A DNA stretch of 59,059 bases from an uncultured Bdellovibrio sp. (GCA_964505225.1 CAZDHC010000001.1:1-59059), one strand, 5' to 3'; shown: positions 1 to 11,223, counted from the first letter of the stretch. The notes: generated by a model from the letters alone, not told the origin. Numbers and translations: made by a program.

Positions 1-1194
1 GTTCGCCGGTAAAAAATCATGGTGAAGCGAAGTTACCGTGATTACGAAACGCTCGAACCACATTCCGATATTAACGAAAATCGAAATAATGAACATTGCA
101 GGAATGCTTCGGCGGATTCGCTTAGACCAGAACAACTGTGGAATCACCGTATTACAAACAACCATACACCAGTAGGACCATCCATAATCACCAAAGGCTC
201 GATTGATAAAAACTTCGCGCTCATAAAGATTTCCCGAATACCAAGCTACGAAAAACTCAGAAGCGTAGGCATAACCAACCATCATACCTGTAGTCATGAT
301 GATTTTATTCATCACTTCCATATGGTCTATCGTCACGTAATCTTTAAATTGTGGAAATCCAATCCGAACAAAGGTCATCAAGGTCACAACCATTCCGAAT
401 CCAGAAAAGATCGCTCCCGCTACGAAGTACGGAGGAAAGATTGTCGTGTGCCAACCTGGCAAATTTGAAACCGCAAAGTCAAAAGAGACGATGGTGTGAA
501 CTGAAAGAACCAACGGAGTCGATAGTCCCGCCAACAAAAGATACAACATCTCGTAGTGGCTCCAGTCTTTTACTCGACCTCTCCAACCTAAAGACAATGC
601 ACCATATGCCAAACGACGAATTTTATTTTTCGCACGGTCACGGATGGTTGCAAAGTCAGGAACCATTCCAATGTACCAAAACACCATCGAAACAGTGGCA
701 TAAGTGGATACAGCGAAAACGTCCCACAAAAGTGGCGAACGGAAATTCACCCATAAAGGACCACGTTGATTTGGATATGGGAACAACCAGTAATCCAACC
801 AAGGACGACCTGTGTGCAACAGTGGAAACAATCCCGCTGTCATCACGGCAAACACCGTCATCGCTTCAGCGGTTCTCGCAACCGAGGTTCTCCATTTTTG
901 CCGAAACAAAAATAGCACCGCCGAAATCAAGGTTCCGGCGTGACCGATACCAATCCAAAATACGAACGTGATAATCATGGTTCCCCAGGCATTTGGATGA
1001 TTTACACCCAAAAGACCGATACCTACACTGACCACCATCGCCAAAGTGATGATGTAGAAAATTAAAAGCGCTTTTGCGCTTAAAAACAATCCCACCCATC
1101 CTTTAGATGGAAAAGATTCCAAAGGGGCCACGATATCTTCTGTGATTTGCTTCAGGTCCTTATTCCCAAGAACCAATGGACTTCGCTTCATCAT
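1..1194 (-). CDS. actC: Alternative complex III subunit ActC (NrfD/PsrC-type polytopic membrane subunit), C-terminus cut by window edge
   Basis: Absent from the ORF track because no stop lies in the window. The reverse frame is open from ATG 1194-1192 (ATGA overlap with the actB stop) to position 1. My translation runs [28 protein letters not shown]...[23 protein letters not shown]...[21 protein letters not shown], which is hydrophobic and NrfD-like. It sits directly after actA-actB. The + strand ORFs 19..468 and 351..971 are antisense shadows. Confidence 0.85.
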   Translation of the reverse strand, partial: MMKRSPLVLGNKDLKQITEDIVAPLESFPSKGWVGLFLSAKALLIFYIITLAMVVSVGIGLLGVNHPNAWGTMIITFVFWIGIGHAGTLISAVLFLFRQKWRTSVARTAEAMTVFAVMTAGLFPLLHTGRPWLDYWLFPYPNQRGPLWVNFRSPLLWDVFAVSTYATVSMVFWYIGMVPDFATIRDRAKNKIRRLAYGALSLGWRGRVKDWSHYEMLYLLLAGLSTPLVLSVHTIVSFDFAVSNLPGWHTTIFPPYFVAGAIFSGFGMVVTLMTFVRIGFPQFKDYVTIDHMEVMNKIIMTTGMMVGYAYASEFFVAWYSGNLYEREVFINRAFGDYGWSYWCMVVCNTVIPQLFWSKRIRRSIPAMFIISIFVNIGMWFERFVITVTSLHHDFLPAN

Positions 1195-4100
1195 GAGTGA
1201 CCACCTTTCTCGGCCTTAGCACCATGGCCGCCGCGTGACTCCTGGCCATTGTTTCTGATCTTCGTCATGTAACGAACGCTCGGAGCCGCATTAAACTCTT
1301 CCAACAGGCCGTATCCACGAGCATCTTGGAACATTTTCGCAACTTGAGACTCTTTGTTATTCATGTCGCCGAATACAATCGCATCTGTCGGGCAAACCTG
1401 CTGACAGGCTGTTTTGATTTCGCCGTCTTTTAATTCGCGTTTTTCAAGCTTAGCTGTGTTTTTTCCAGCTTTGATTCTGTGAACGCAGAAAGAACATTTC
1501 TCCATCACACCACGCACTCGAACCGTCACATCTGGATTCAATGCCAAATGAGTCGGCTTTTCGATCAATTTTGCGTAGTTGAACCAGTTGAAACGACGAA
1601 CTTTGTATGGACAGTTGTTCGAGCAATATCGGGTTCCAACGCAACGATTATAAATCATGTCGTTCAGACCTTCAGAACTGTGAACTGTCGCAGCCACTGG
1701 ACAAACAGTTTCGCATGGAGCGTTGTCACAGTGTTGACACATCAACGGTTGAAATACCGCTTCTGCATTTTTTGGATCACCAACGTAGTAACGATCGACT
1801 CGGATCCAATGCATCTCTCGACCTTGGATCACATATTTTTTACCAACAACCGGAATGTTATTTTCTGACTGACATGCAGTTACGCAGGCGTTACAGCCCG
1901 TGCAAGAATTCAAATCAACTGCCATTCCCCACTTGTGACCATTGTAAGCGTGACCTGACCAAAGTGAAAAAATATGGTGCTGATGTTTACCAGCCGCAGG
2001 ATTTTTCAAATACTCTTCCAAAGTCGCTTCAACCACGATCTGTCGACCGTCCATGGTGTGGTGACCTTGAGGATTTGCTAAATCATATTTTGCGCCGGTG
2101 TTTTTAACTTCGGCTTTTGCACCCGAATAAACAGCTTTGCCTTTTTCAAATGCCACAAGTTCGTAAGCATTTTGACCAATTCCGTTTCCAACTTTTCCAG
2201 CTGAAGTTCGGCCGTAACCAACGGCAATTGCAACAACATCATCGTGCAATCCTGGCTGGATATGAGCTGGCATCTTAACCGTTTTACCATTGACGTTCAT
2301 TTCTAACAAATGACCTTCTTTGGCTTTCAATTTCTCGGCTGTTGCGATGGAAATTGAAACATAGTTGTCCCAGCAAATTTTAGTCACTGGATCTGGCAAT
2401 TCCTGCAACCAAGAAACATTGGCCATAGCTCCATCACCCAACGCCACGGTTGGATAAAGAACCAACTCAAAACCTTGAGCCGCTACTGGCTTAACCGAAG
2501 ACAAAGCCTCTGTTTTAAAAGTGCGGGCTGAAGAGCCGGTTGCCGCTGTGCCGACGACTCCGTCTTGCAAAGCTTCATCCCAGAAATCTTCAAATGATTT
2601 GCCTTTACCATGCTTTGGAAAAACATCTTCTTTCCAAATGCTACGAACATAATCATAAGCAGTCTCTAGCTCTTGAAAACGCTTTGGACCTTTTTTCGCC
2701 AAATGTCCCCAAGTCATCAATGTCGTCATAAATGATCTGGTGTCATACATAGGACGGATGGTTGGCTGGTGAATCGTGTAAACTCCACGACCAATTTCAG
2801 CATCTCCCCAAGTCTCTAATGAATGATGATCTGGGATCAAATAATCAGACTGTTTTCCAGCCTCATCGTTTCGATCGCCAGTGTAAAAAACCACTTCCGC
2901 TTTTTTCAAAGCTTCTTTTAAGCCAAAAGAATCATTCAACGAATAAACCGGATTCACACCATGAATCACCACAGTTTTCACAGATCCCTTTTTCAATGAC
3001 TCAACAAGATCAGCCAGTTCTTCAAATGAACCATTCAAACCTGGCATTGCATTCACGCCATCAACAGTTGAACCCTCATTGTCCAAAGCCGAATTCAAAA
3101 AGTTCACGGCAATTTGCAATTGAAGCGCATGAGAAGTTTGAGTTGGCAATCCGCCCGCCACAACTAAAGATTTTCCTTTAGCTTTGATCAAATCTTCTGC
3201 GATTTTCGCAAATAACTCTGGCTGCATCGCCAACTTAGAGGCAACCCCAGCAAATGGCTCAAGAGCCGATTTCACTGACGAGTTTCCAGCAAATTTTCCG
3301 AAATTCTTTTTAACGACGATTTCATGAGCTAAGCCCATCGCCACTTCAATTTGTTGAGAAGGCTTAATGCGAACTCGAACGTCCGCATTGGCTCCTGTCA
3401 AAGAGTAGTTCGAGTCAAAAACCACTAGCTTGCTCATAGTCTTGATGTCTTTACGACCCGCTGAAAACTGGCGAGTGAACGCCACTGGCGTCAACCAAGT
3501 TCCCAAGAAGTCCGCATCAATAGAAACAATCACATCTGCTTTTTCAAAATGATAAGCGGGAACAACTTCAGTTCCATAAGAAGCTTTTTGACCATCACGA
3601 GTCTCTTCATAAGAAAGCGGAGACCATGTGATGTGTTTTGCTGCAAACGCTTGGCAGAAATCACCAATAGCTGACTTCATCGATGGAGAGGCCATCGCGC
3701 CAGTCAGCACAACCACTCCGCCTTTAGCCAACTGCTTAACCGCAGCCGCATCGACATCTTCCCATCTTGTTTCGATAGTGTCGCGATTGGTTTTTGCCTT
3801 ATTTAAAAGATTTTTATGAGGCCCCTTAATTCGCTCTGGATCATATAAAGATAGGATGTGAGCTTGTCCGCGCACTGACGAAGCACCCTTGTTGGCTGGG
3901 TGCTTTGGATTTCCTTCAATTTTCAAAGGACGGCCATCTACCGTCTTAACCAATAGACCCAAAGCTTCTGAACCATCATGAAAAGTTGAAGTGTAATAAT
4001 TGGGAACTGCGAAAGTCACTTCTTCCGGCTGCTTATTATAAGGAACGATTTTTTGCACTGGACGACGGATACATCCCGCAGTCGCCATTGCCATTGAAGC

Positions 4101-4349
4101 ACCCATCAATTTCAAAAATTCACGGCGCGCCCAACCGTCTTCACCATCTGATTCTTGCAAAGGAGAAGATAGAAATTCTTTTTCCGCTAATTTTTGAAAC
4201 TCAGGATCTTGCGACCACTGCTCTAGCGATAGCCAGTAACGACTGTCTCGCTCTGATGCTTTAGCTTCAGAATGTTCACTATGCTCATGATTATGTTCAT
4301 GACCGTGATTGTGATCGTGCTCATTATGATTTTGATTTATTTCAGACAT
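1191..4349 (-). CDS. actB: Alternative complex III subunit ActB (molybdopterin-oxidoreductase-like domain fused to a 4Fe-4S ferredoxin domain)
   Basis: 1052 aa. Extended Tat-type leader ([10 protein letters not shown]...[19 protein letters not shown]). C-terminal Cys clusters [40 protein letters not shown] and CQQVCPTDA. Flanked by a pentahaem ActA and a NrfD-like ActC. Confidence 0.9.
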   Translation of the reverse strand: MSEINQNHNEHDHNHGHEHNHEHSEHSEAKASERDSRYWLSLEQWSQDPEFQKLAEKEFLSSPLQESDGEDGWARREFLKLMGASMAMATAGCIRRPVQKIVPYNKQPEEVTFAVPNYYTSTFHDGSEALGLLVKTVDGRPLKIEGNPKHPANKGASSVRGQAHILSLYDPERIKGPHKNLLNKAKTNRDTIETRWEDVDAAAVKQLAKGGVVVLTGAMASPSMKSAIGDFCQAFAAKHITWSPLSYEETRDGQKASYGTEVVPAYHFEKADVIVSIDADFLGTWLTPVAFTRQFSAGRKDIKTMSKLVVFDSNYSLTGANADVRVRIKPSQQIEVAMGLAHEIVVKKNFGKFAGNSSVKSALEPFAGVASKLAMQPELFAKIAEDLIKAKGKSLVVAGGLPTQTSHALQLQIAVNFLNSALDNEGSTVDGVNAMPGLNGSFEELADLVESLKKGSVKTVVIHGVNPVYSLNDSFGLKEALKKAEVVFYTGDRNDEAGKQSDYLIPDHHSLETWGDAEIGRGVYTIHQPTIRPMYDTRSFMTTLMTWGHLAKKGPKRFQELETAYDYVRSIWKEDVFPKHGKGKSFEDFWDEALQDGVVGTAATGSSARTFKTEALSSVKPVAAQGFELVLYPTVALGDGAMANVSWLQELPDPVTKICWDNYVSISIATAEKLKAKEGHLLEMNVNGKTVKMPAHIQPGLHDDVVAIAVGYGRTSAGKVGNGIGQNAYELVAFEKGKAVYSGAKAEVKNTGAKYDLANPQGHHTMDGRQIVVEATLEEYLKNPAAGKHQHHIFSLWSGHAYNGHKWGMAVDLNSCTGCNACVTACQSENNIPVVGKKYVIQGREMHWIRVDRYYVGDPKNAEAVFQPLMCQHCDNAPCETVCPVAATVHSSEGLNDMIYNRCVGTRYCSNNCPYKVRRFNWFNYAKLIEKPTHLALNPDVTVRVRGVMEKCSFCVHRIKAGKNTAKLEKRELKDGEIKTACQQVCPTDAIVFGDMNNKESQVAKMFQDARGYGLLEEFNAAPSVRYMTKIRNNGQESRGGHGAKAEKGGHS

Positions 4350-4363
4350 AATTTTGAACTCTC

Positions 4364-4909
4364 TTAGTTGTGACAGGTTGAACAGTTCAACGGCGCTTTG
4401 TTTTCAGGTTGACGGTGACAGTTCACACACCAGCCCATGTTTAGTGATGAAAACTGCTCTACTTTTTTCATGGTCTCAATTGGACCGTGACAAGTTTGAC
4501 AATTCACCCCACGCGCAACGTGCGCCGAGTGATTAAATTGAACATGATCTGGCAGCATATGCACCTTCACCCACTCAATTGATTTCTTACTGTTATAAGC
4601 CTCGCTCAGCTTTTGAATATAGGGGCTATCTGTCTTCACTGTCATGTGACAGTTCATGCAGGTGCTCAGCGCCGGGATATTCGAATGGCGAGATCGCTCA
4701 ACTTGATTGTGGCAATACTGACATTGGATCTTATTTGTACCAACGTGCAGAGAGTGATCAAAAGGAATCGGCTGCTCTGGAGCGTAGCCTTGGTTATATC
4801 CCCAGCTTAATTTATGAATTTTATCACACGCAGTCAGTGTCATAGTAGCAAACGCTGCTAGCACGACAAACGCGAATGACAGACGAACTGTCTTTAATCT
4901 TTGGTGCAT
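4364..4909 (-). CDS. actA: Alternative complex III subunit ActA, pentahaem cytochrome c
   Basis: 181 aa with an N-terminal signal or anchor. Five CxxCH motifs (CQYCH, CMNCH, CQTCH, CVNCH, CSTCH). Lies 14 nt upstream of actB. Confidence 0.85.
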   Translation of the reverse strand: MHQRLKTVRLSFAFVVLAAFATMTLTACDKIHKLSWGYNQGYAPEQPIPFDHSLHVGTNKIQCQYCHNQVERSRHSNIPALSTCMNCHMTVKTDSPYIQKLSEAYNSKKSIEWVKVHMLPDHVQFNHSAHVARGVNCQTCHGPIETMKKVEQFSSLNMGWCVNCHRQPENKAPLNCSTCHN

Positions 4910-5085
4910 GTTGTTTCCCTCATTTAGGTGTCGTCACATTTAAAAACCAAAACAGACAATAATCAACAGGGAAATTGAAAGCGTAATGAAAATGCCAAAG
5001 GGTTCCAAGTAGTTGCACCACCCAAAACCCTGTGTATTTTCCGCATCAGATACAACGTGTTATTGCTTAAGTTCTGAACAACTTG

Positions 5086-6801
5086 CTATGAATTTTTAGA
5101 GTTTTTCTCTTTCATTTTTCCGAAACGGACGATGGCCGTGAATACTACTAATAATAGATGAAGACCGACAAAAACGGACACGTATTCAACCCCGCCAGCA
5201 CCAAACCCATAGGAATGAAGCCCTGCGCCAAGAATGTAGTTTACTCCGTACCAGGCCATTATCACCAAAGAAAAAGTCACGACAGCCGAACTGATCATTC
5301 CAAAATCTTTTACAAGCCCCACCAATCGTCCATGTAAAACCGCAAGATATCCAAGCAACACAATTAAGGCCCAAGTTTCTTTTGGGTCCCATCCCCAAAA
5401 ACGACCCCAACTATAGTCTGCCCAAACTCCGCCCAAAATAATTCCCGGAGCTAAAAAAGAAATTCCAATTTGCATCGCTCGGTAGACAGCCAAAGTGATC
5501 GCTTTCAACTTCGCCTTATGTTCCTCTTCGCCACGCAAATAGAAAATCAAACCGATGTCACCCAAAACAAAAGCCAAAAAGAATGCCGCATAACTAATGG
5601 TGATCGTCAGCACGTGAATCAACAGCCAAAAATTATTTCGAAGCACAGGCTCTAAAGGCTGAAGAGACGAATCTAAAATGGCAGGAGCCGCATCCGCTAA
5701 AGCCAAACAAAAAGTCCCCGCCAAGGCGCCCGAAAACAGAATAAATCTCCACTTGTATATGGCTTCGATGATCATTGAAAAGATCATGGCGCCAAAACCA
5801 ACCCACACCACAGTTTCGTACATATTTGAAACCGGGGGACGACCTAACAAATAGACCCGCAATGCAAATCCATAGATGTGCAGACCCAACCCGATAAAGG
5901 CAAACAACCAAGCCGCTTTGTAAAAATACTGTTTATGTAAAACCCATACTAATAAAATCATCACCGCCGACAACAAGTAACTAATCCACGCTAAACGAAA
6001 GGGATGATATTGATTTAAATGAAGTTCGGTCCGAATCGTCGACTCACTTGGGTACAAAGCCGGATTTTCAGCTTTTGCTGCATCTTTAAAGTCCTGAACT
6101 GATTGCTTCAATAAATTGGCGACATTTTCTTTTTCTTCCGAAGTCGAGTTCGCAGTCACGGCCCCCAGAACTCCAACAAAACTTTTTGTCACCTTCATGA
6201 ATTTTTCTTGCAAAAGTTCAGGCATATCCGTCAATGCTAACCAAGCCGTGCCCTCTTTGGGCGGAACCAATCGCAACATTCTTCCGGTCGCAATCTCCCT
6301 AAACGTGACCAACTGACTTTCTAAACGCTGCAAAGCCTGAAAGTAGGGATTCAATTTTTCTTTGGTTTCGCGCTTTGAAGCCAGATCTTGCATCAAAACC
6401 CCAAAACGTTCGTTGTTCATCAATTGATTGACGGTGAAATATCTTTTTTCATCTGGAAGTTTTAAGGCTTTTTTCAATTCACCATAACGAATTTCCACCA
6501 AGGGAACATCGGTCCACGCCGACGGCTGCAAAACCCAAGTGGTGACAATCTCGACCGCTGGGCGCTCTTCATCATTCCCACCCTCTGCTCGATACACTTC
6601 TTTTCCATAGATCAAATGTAAGGCTTCGCGAGCAAAAGTATCATAGGGCTTGATACGACCTGCATCTTGAACAGGCAAACCTCTTAAGGCCGCCGCCAAA
6701 TCCGCCGCTTGAGCCGATGTCACAACAAAAACACAAGTGATCAAAAAAGCGAAAAACAATCGCACTGAAGTCATAGTCGACATTTTCATATATTTTTTCA
6801 C
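5086..6801 (-). CDS. ccsA: Cytochrome c biogenesis System II protein CcsA/ResC (haem handling, long N-terminal periplasmic domain)
   Basis: 571 aa, polytopic. Trp-rich WWD-type motif WGRFWGWDPKETWALI. 4-nt overlap with the upstream resB-like gene. Confidence 0.85.
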   Translation of the reverse strand: MKKYMKMSTMTSVRLFFAFLITCVFVVTSAQAADLAAALRGLPVQDAGRIKPYDTFAREALHLIYGKEVYRAEGGNDEERPAVEIVTTWVLQPSAWTDVPLVEIRYGELKKALKLPDEKRYFTVNQLMNNERFGVLMQDLASKRETKEKLNPYFQALQRLESQLVTFREIATGRMLRLVPPKEGTAWLALTDMPELLQEKFMKVTKSFVGVLGAVTANSTSEEKENVANLLKQSVQDFKDAAKAENPALYPSESTIRTELHLNQYHPFRLAWISYLLSAVMILLVWVLHKQYFYKAAWLFAFIGLGLHIYGFALRVYLLGRPPVSNMYETVVWVGFGAMIFSMIIEAIYKWRFILFSGALAGTFCLALADAAPAILDSSLQPLEPVLRNNFWLLIHVLTITISYAAFFLAFVLGDIGLIFYLRGEEEHKAKLKAITLAVYRAMQIGISFLAPGIILGGVWADYSWGRFWGWDPKETWALIVLLGYLAVLHGRLVGLVKDFGMISSAVVTFSLVIMAWYGVNYILGAGLHSYGFGAGGVEYVSVFVGLHLLLVVFTAIVRFGKMKEKNSKNS

Positions 6802-8300
6802 AGATCAAAGGCTCCTTCTTTAGGCGCAGCCGCTCGCGCCGAACGTCTTTTATTGTAGAACAGCCAAACAACTCCGATAGATAATATCAAAGATCCCATA
6901 TATTTCCACCAGCGTCCCGGATCTTGATTGACGGATAAAATCGAAGCAATGGGCTCTCCGCCCGGGCCATTTTGAAAACTGGCTTGATAAAAAGTCAGTC
7001 CTTTAAATTTTAAAGGTTCATTCATCGAAATCAAAGTTTCAGCCTTATCCGGAGTTTCCACTAAGCTTTGATAACTCATCGCCCGATTGGTTCCTTGATA
7101 GTGCCCGACTTCAAATTTCTTCAAGGCCAAATCAAAACCAATATCAATTCTTCGATTTCCATAAGTCACAATGTAAACCGAGTCCTTCGTGAAAATTTTG
7201 AGCACATCATTTAATTGAACCCACTTTTCAATTACTTTTTTCTCGCCTGCCGGCTCAACTATTTTTTGTTCGCCTTCGCCGGAATTATTCTTCACGTATT
7301 TGATTTTAATTGCCGAGGTCGACATGGGCGTTGGGCGATCCGTAACTTTAAATTCAAATCCGTCTTCAGCTTTTGGCAAATATCGCAACAAGTGAAATTT
7401 CATTCCCATCCAGCCAGTGTCAAACTCTTCACCTTCATTTAGCTTTCCGGATAAGGGCTTTCGCTTGGGATCTTTGTAAAACAAATGATACTCGACCTGC
7501 AGGACTTCTTTGCCGTCCTTAATTTTCTTCAATGGCGTGATGTAAAGTTCATTGCCACCCATTCCATGGGGCGGAGCTTTTCCCAAGGTCACTTGCGCCA
7601 AGCCAAAGACTTGCGAAATGTCTTGATCTTTTTTGCCTTGAACCAACCAGTCGTTGATATTGGCATTTTGATTGGACATTTGAAAGCGAATGGCCGCACC
7701 AGCCTGATCAGACTCGGAAGGTGTGATTTTTCGGGAAGGAAAAACATAGGGCTCATAATCCACAACCGAAACTGTTCCTTCGGTTAAATCTAAACTAACG
7801 GGCTTCTTTTTGGGTGAATGCGAGAAAAAATCGACTTCTTTTTCAAAAACTTTAGCGTAACGATCCCCATCAAAAGAAGACCAGATCGTCAAATCTGTAT
7901 TGGGAACAGTCACCAAGCGACTTTTATCACCAATCGCAAAGCGCATGGTTCCATCAAGACCAAATTCACTGGTGAGCCAGGCACCAAACAATAAAATCAA
8001 AATACCAATGTGAGCTGCCAAAAAAGGCCCGTGTCGCTTTTTCCATGGCCAACGATCAATCATCACGGCTATCAAAGTGGCACAAAGTTGGCCCAACAAA
8101 AGATACATAAACCACGTTCGGTAAACCAATTTCGCTGCCGCATTGGCATCATACTTAGACTCAACAATTGTTCCAGCGGCAATCACCACTGCCAAAGCCG
8201 AAGGAATGATAAACATCCAAGGACCCCAACAGAAAAAATCGTTCCCTTTTCTTGCAATCAATTTCAAATTTTTTTTCAAAACATTCAAAACAGCTGTCAC
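6798..8300 (-). CDS. ccsB: Cytochrome c biogenesis System II protein ResB/Ccs1 (CcsB)
   Basis: 500 aa. N-terminal TM helices, a large periplasmic domain and a C-terminal TM helix (WWKYMGSLILSIGVVWLFY). Translationally coupled to ccsA. Confidence 0.8.
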   Translation of the reverse strand: MTAVLNVLKKNLKLIARKGNDFFCWGPWMFIIPSALAVVIAAGTIVESKYDANAAAKLVYRTWFMYLLLGQLCATLIAVMIDRWPWKKRHGPFLAAHIGILILLFGAWLTSEFGLDGTMRFAIGDKSRLVTVPNTDLTIWSSFDGDRYAKVFEKEVDFFSHSPKKKPVSLDLTEGTVSVVDYEPYVFPSRKITPSESDQAGAAIRFQMSNQNANINDWLVQGKKDQDISQVFGLAQVTLGKAPPHGMGGNELYITPLKKIKDGKEVLQVEYHLFYKDPKRKPLSGKLNEGEEFDTGWMGMKFHLLRYLPKAEDGFEFKVTDRPTPMSTSAIKIKYVKNNSGEGEQKIVEPAGEKKVIEKWVQLNDVLKIFTKDSVYIVTYGNRRIDIGFDLALKKFEVGHYQGTNRAMSYQSLVETPDKAETLISMNEPLKFKGLTFYQASFQNGPGGEPIASILSVNQDPGRWWKYMGSLILSIGVVWLFYNKRRSARAAAPKEGAFDL

Positions 8301-8513
8301 AACACCAATTCCTTCAGCAAATTGAAATAGCGGTCATTTGTAACCTCGAAAAAAAGTGCTGGCTATCACTTTTAGACCATCAGAGTCATTTTACCTCAAA
8401 TGCCGCTCAGCAAAACCTGTTTTTGCCAACCAAATCCAAACAAAACTCGGGTCAAAAGCTAACAATAAAATTTCCGCTTATCGGTCACACTTAATACAAA
8501 CCAGGAGGCTTTC

Positions 8514-9437
8514 ATGATGGATTTTATGACTGATCTATTACAAATACGAAGACACAAGGTTCACAAATTTCAATCTAAGATCGAAATTTTCCAAGACCGG
8601 GGTCCTTTTATCTTAAAGACAATCTCCACCACCGACGAACTGATTGCAGCCCTACGCCTGCGCTATCAAGTCTTTCACCGGGAAATGATCGGCAAGACCA
8701 AGGCCACTGGTGTCGACGTGGATGAATTTGACTTTATCTGCGATCATTTGATCATCATCGAAAAAAAATCCAACACCATCATTGGAACCTATCGCCTGAA
8801 TTGCTCAGGTTTTTCCCAAAACTTTTACTCGGCCAATGAATTCAGCCTTAGAAGAATTTTAGAACAACCCGGAAGAAAAATCGAATTAGGCCGAGCTTGT
8901 ATTGAAAAAAACTTTCGCAAAGGCCTGGTGATCTCGTTGCTATGGCGGGGCATTGCTGAATATATGCAAAAAACCAACGCCGAGCTCCTTTTTGGCTGCG
9001 CTTCGATTAAAGTCACCGATCCGCGCCAAGCCGCACTTCTTTACCGCCATTTTGAACAACGAAATTTAATTTCCAGTGAGTTCTTAGCTCCGCCCACTCA
9101 TCGATATACGATGCCTGGTTTAAATTCTTGGATTCAAACTCTTCAGCGAGATTTAACCGAAGCTGAACAGACCGAGGTCGAGGAATTGATCCCTCCACTA
9201 TGTCGCGCCTATCTAAAAATTGGTGCCGTGCTGGGTGGCCAACCTGCTTGGGACGAAGAGTTTAAATGCATCGACTTCTTGACGATTCTACGGCGAGAGA
9301 ATTTAAATAGAGCTCTTTGGAGAAAATACAGTCAATGCGAAACGCCGGAACCGATCTCACCAACCAAAACTCCAATCGAACCTCCAACCACCAGTACGAT
9401 CCAAACTCCGTTCGGGTCCCCAGCCGCAGCCATTTAG
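8514..9437 (+). CDS. GNAT-family N-acyltransferase (OlsB / hemolysin-like acyltransferase type)
   Basis: 307 aa. AGGAGG RBS at about 8503. The pattern LRLRYQVFHREM...DEFDFICDHLII...GTYRL...ELGRACIEKNFRKG is typical of Acetyltransf_5-type N-acyl amino acid synthases. The Pro/Thr-rich C-terminal tail is low complexity. Confidence 0.6.
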   Translation: MMDFMTDLLQIRRHKVHKFQSKIEIFQDRGPFILKTISTTDELIAALRLRYQVFHREMIGKTKATGVDVDEFDFICDHLIIIEKKSNTIIGTYRLNCSGFSQNFYSANEFSLRRILEQPGRKIELGRACIEKNFRKGLVISLLWRGIAEYMQKTNAELLFGCASIKVTDPRQAALLYRHFEQRNLISSEFLAPPTHRYTMPGLNSWIQTLQRDLTEAEQTEVEELIPPLCRAYLKIGAVLGGQPAWDEEFKCIDFLTILRRENLNRALWRKYSQCETPEPISPTKTPIEPPTTSTIQTPFGSPAAAI

Positions 9438-9457
9438 AAAAAAAACTTCCCGAGTGG

Positions 9458-10471
9458 ATGGATCTTGAAAAAAACATTTCCTTTTTTGAACAGAAAGGAA
9501 ATGTTTTCCAATTGGGCATTAGTAAAAGTCATAGCAAAACCAATTCCATAGAGCTGCCATTGCTCGCTTTCAGCATTGGCAATCCTGATCCCGAAGCTCC
9601 GACATTGGGTCTTTTCGGCGGCGTTCACGGCTTAGAAAGAATTGGTGCTCAAGTAGTGCTGTCACTAATGAATAGCTTTCGCGAGCTTTACGCTTGGGAC
9701 GAAGTCACTAGAAAAACCTTAGAAAAAATCCGAATCGTATTTTTCCCGATGATCAACCCCATCGGCATGATGCAAATCCAAAGATCCAATCCCAACGGCG
9801 TCGATTTGATGCGAAATTCGCCGACCGAATCCACCGAGAAAGTTTCTTGGCTGGTGGGTGGCCAAAAAATTTCCAATCGCCTGCCTTGGTTTCGTGGCAA
9901 TCCTGAAAAAATGGAAGTCGAAGCTCAAGCCGTCTTGATTTTTTGCAAAGATCAATTTTTTAAATCGAAAGCCGTTATTTCGGTCGATTTTCACTCAGGG
10001 TTTGGGATCCAAGATCAACTTTGGTTTCCTTACGCTAAAAGCAAAAAACCATTTCCAAATTTAGCTCAGGCAAATGCCATGATTGAGCGACTCGATCAAA
10101 CTCTGCCCCATCATTTCTATCGCATCGAGCCTCAAGCGCAAAATTACACCACCCATGGCGATCTTTGGGACTATATATACGACCAATTTCAAATCGAAAA
10201 TCCCAAAGGCATCTTTTTGCCACTGGCTCTTGAAATGGGTTCGTGGCTTTGGGTGCGAAAAAATCCATTGCAGATTTTTTCTTCACTGGGCCCCTTTAAT
10301 CCCATGAAACCCCATCGCCAAAAACGGATTTTACGTCGACATCTCACTTTATTTGATTTTCTGATTCGCTCAACGGTGAACCACACCGACTGGAGCGATT
10401 TAAACCCACATTCTCAGGAACATTTTCACCGTACAGCTTTAGCTCGCTGGTATCAGCAGGAACACACATGA
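9458..10471 (+). CDS. M14-like zinc carboxypeptidase family protein (DUF2817-like)
   Basis: The track ORF starts at 9317 but overlaps the previous gene by 120 nt, so ATG 9458 (MDLEKN...) is the more likely start. Contains GGVHGLERIG (an HxxE zinc motif) and a later DFHSG. ATGA overlap with the next gene. Confidence 0.55.
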   Translation: MDLEKNISFFEQKGNVFQLGISKSHSKTNSIELPLLAFSIGNPDPEAPTLGLFGGVHGLERIGAQVVLSLMNSFRELYAWDEVTRKTLEKIRIVFFPMINPIGMMQIQRSNPNGVDLMRNSPTESTEKVSWLVGGQKISNRLPWFRGNPEKMEVEAQAVLIFCKDQFFKSKAVISVDFHSGFGIQDQLWFPYAKSKKPFPNLAQANAMIERLDQTLPHHFYRIEPQAQNYTTHGDLWDYIYDQFQIENPKGIFLPLALEMGSWLWVRKNPLQIFSSLGPFNPMKPHRQKRILRRHLTLFDFLIRSTVNHTDWSDLNPHSQEHFHRTALARWYQQEHT

Positions 10472-11223
10472 AAAAAGAAACTCGCAAATGGATATTTATT
10501 CGGGGCTTAGCCCGACATTCGGGCCATTGGGGACCTTTTGTCGATCAGTTTAAAAACACCTTCCCCGAAGATGAGATTGAACTTTTAGATTTACGAGGCA
10601 ATGGCCAATTGGCTCATAGCCCAAGTTGCACCAGCATCGCCGACAACGTCCGCGATCTTCGTGCGCGCTCAAAGTGGATCAAGGCCGGCCATGCGGTTCA
10701 CTTAATGACTATATCCTTGGGTTCTATGATCGGCACCGAATGGGCCACGCTTTTTCCCCAAGAGATTTCAGGCTTAGTGACTATCAATACAAGTGACAAA
10801 GGAAGCTCTAGTTTTTTTGAGCGCATGCGGCCCCAAAATTATCTGCGCATTGTTCACATTTTAAAAAATCCCAAAGATGCGCCGATGATTGAAAATGAGA
10901 TTTTGCAAATGACCACCAATCATCTTGAACACATGAACGAATGGGCCATTGATTTTTCAAAACTTCCGAAAACTTCCACTTCCAATTTTTTCAGACAAAT
11001 ATTTGCGGCAAGCCAATATGAATTCCCCGAACACAAACCAAAAACCGAAGTTTTGATGCTTTGTTCAGAGGGCGATCAACTTGTAAATCCAATTTGTACA
11101 AAAAGAATTGCCGAGATGTGGACCTTGAAAGCGCACGTCCATCCGACGGCGGGTCATGATTTGACCTTAGAGGATCCGGCTTGGGCCTGCCAAGAAATTA
11201 AAAACTGGCTCAGCCCTTCTTAA
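10468..11223 (+). CDS. Alpha/beta-fold hydrolase
   Basis: 251 aa. WIFIRGLARHSGHWG N-terminus. A nucleophile-elbow-like ISLGSMIG (GxSxG variant). C-terminal GHDLTLEDP (catalytic His region). Confidence 0.6.
   Translation: MKKETRKWIFIRGLARHSGHWGPFVDQFKNTFPEDEIELLDLRGNGQLAHSPSCTSIADNVRDLRARSKWIKAGHAVHLMTISLGSMIGTEWATLFPQEISGLVTINTSDKGSSSFFERMRPQNYLRIVHILKNPKDAPMIENEILQMTTNHLEHMNEWAIDFSKLPKTSTSNFFRQIFAASQYEFPEHKPKTEVLMLCSEGDQLVNPICTKRIAEMWTLKAHVHPTAGHDLTLEDPAWACQEIKNWLSPS

Noticed and set aside
19-971. Two long + strand ORFs (19..468, 149 aa; 351..971, 206 aa) at the left edge
   Set aside because: They lie antisense to an uninterrupted NrfD/ActC-like reading frame that is translationally coupled to actB. 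Their translations are low-complexity with no membrane or domain character, so they are shadow ORFs.
1450-4264. Many 60-166 aa ORFs on both strands inside actB
   Set aside because: All are nested in or antisense to the 1052-aa ActB frame, which has strong motif support.
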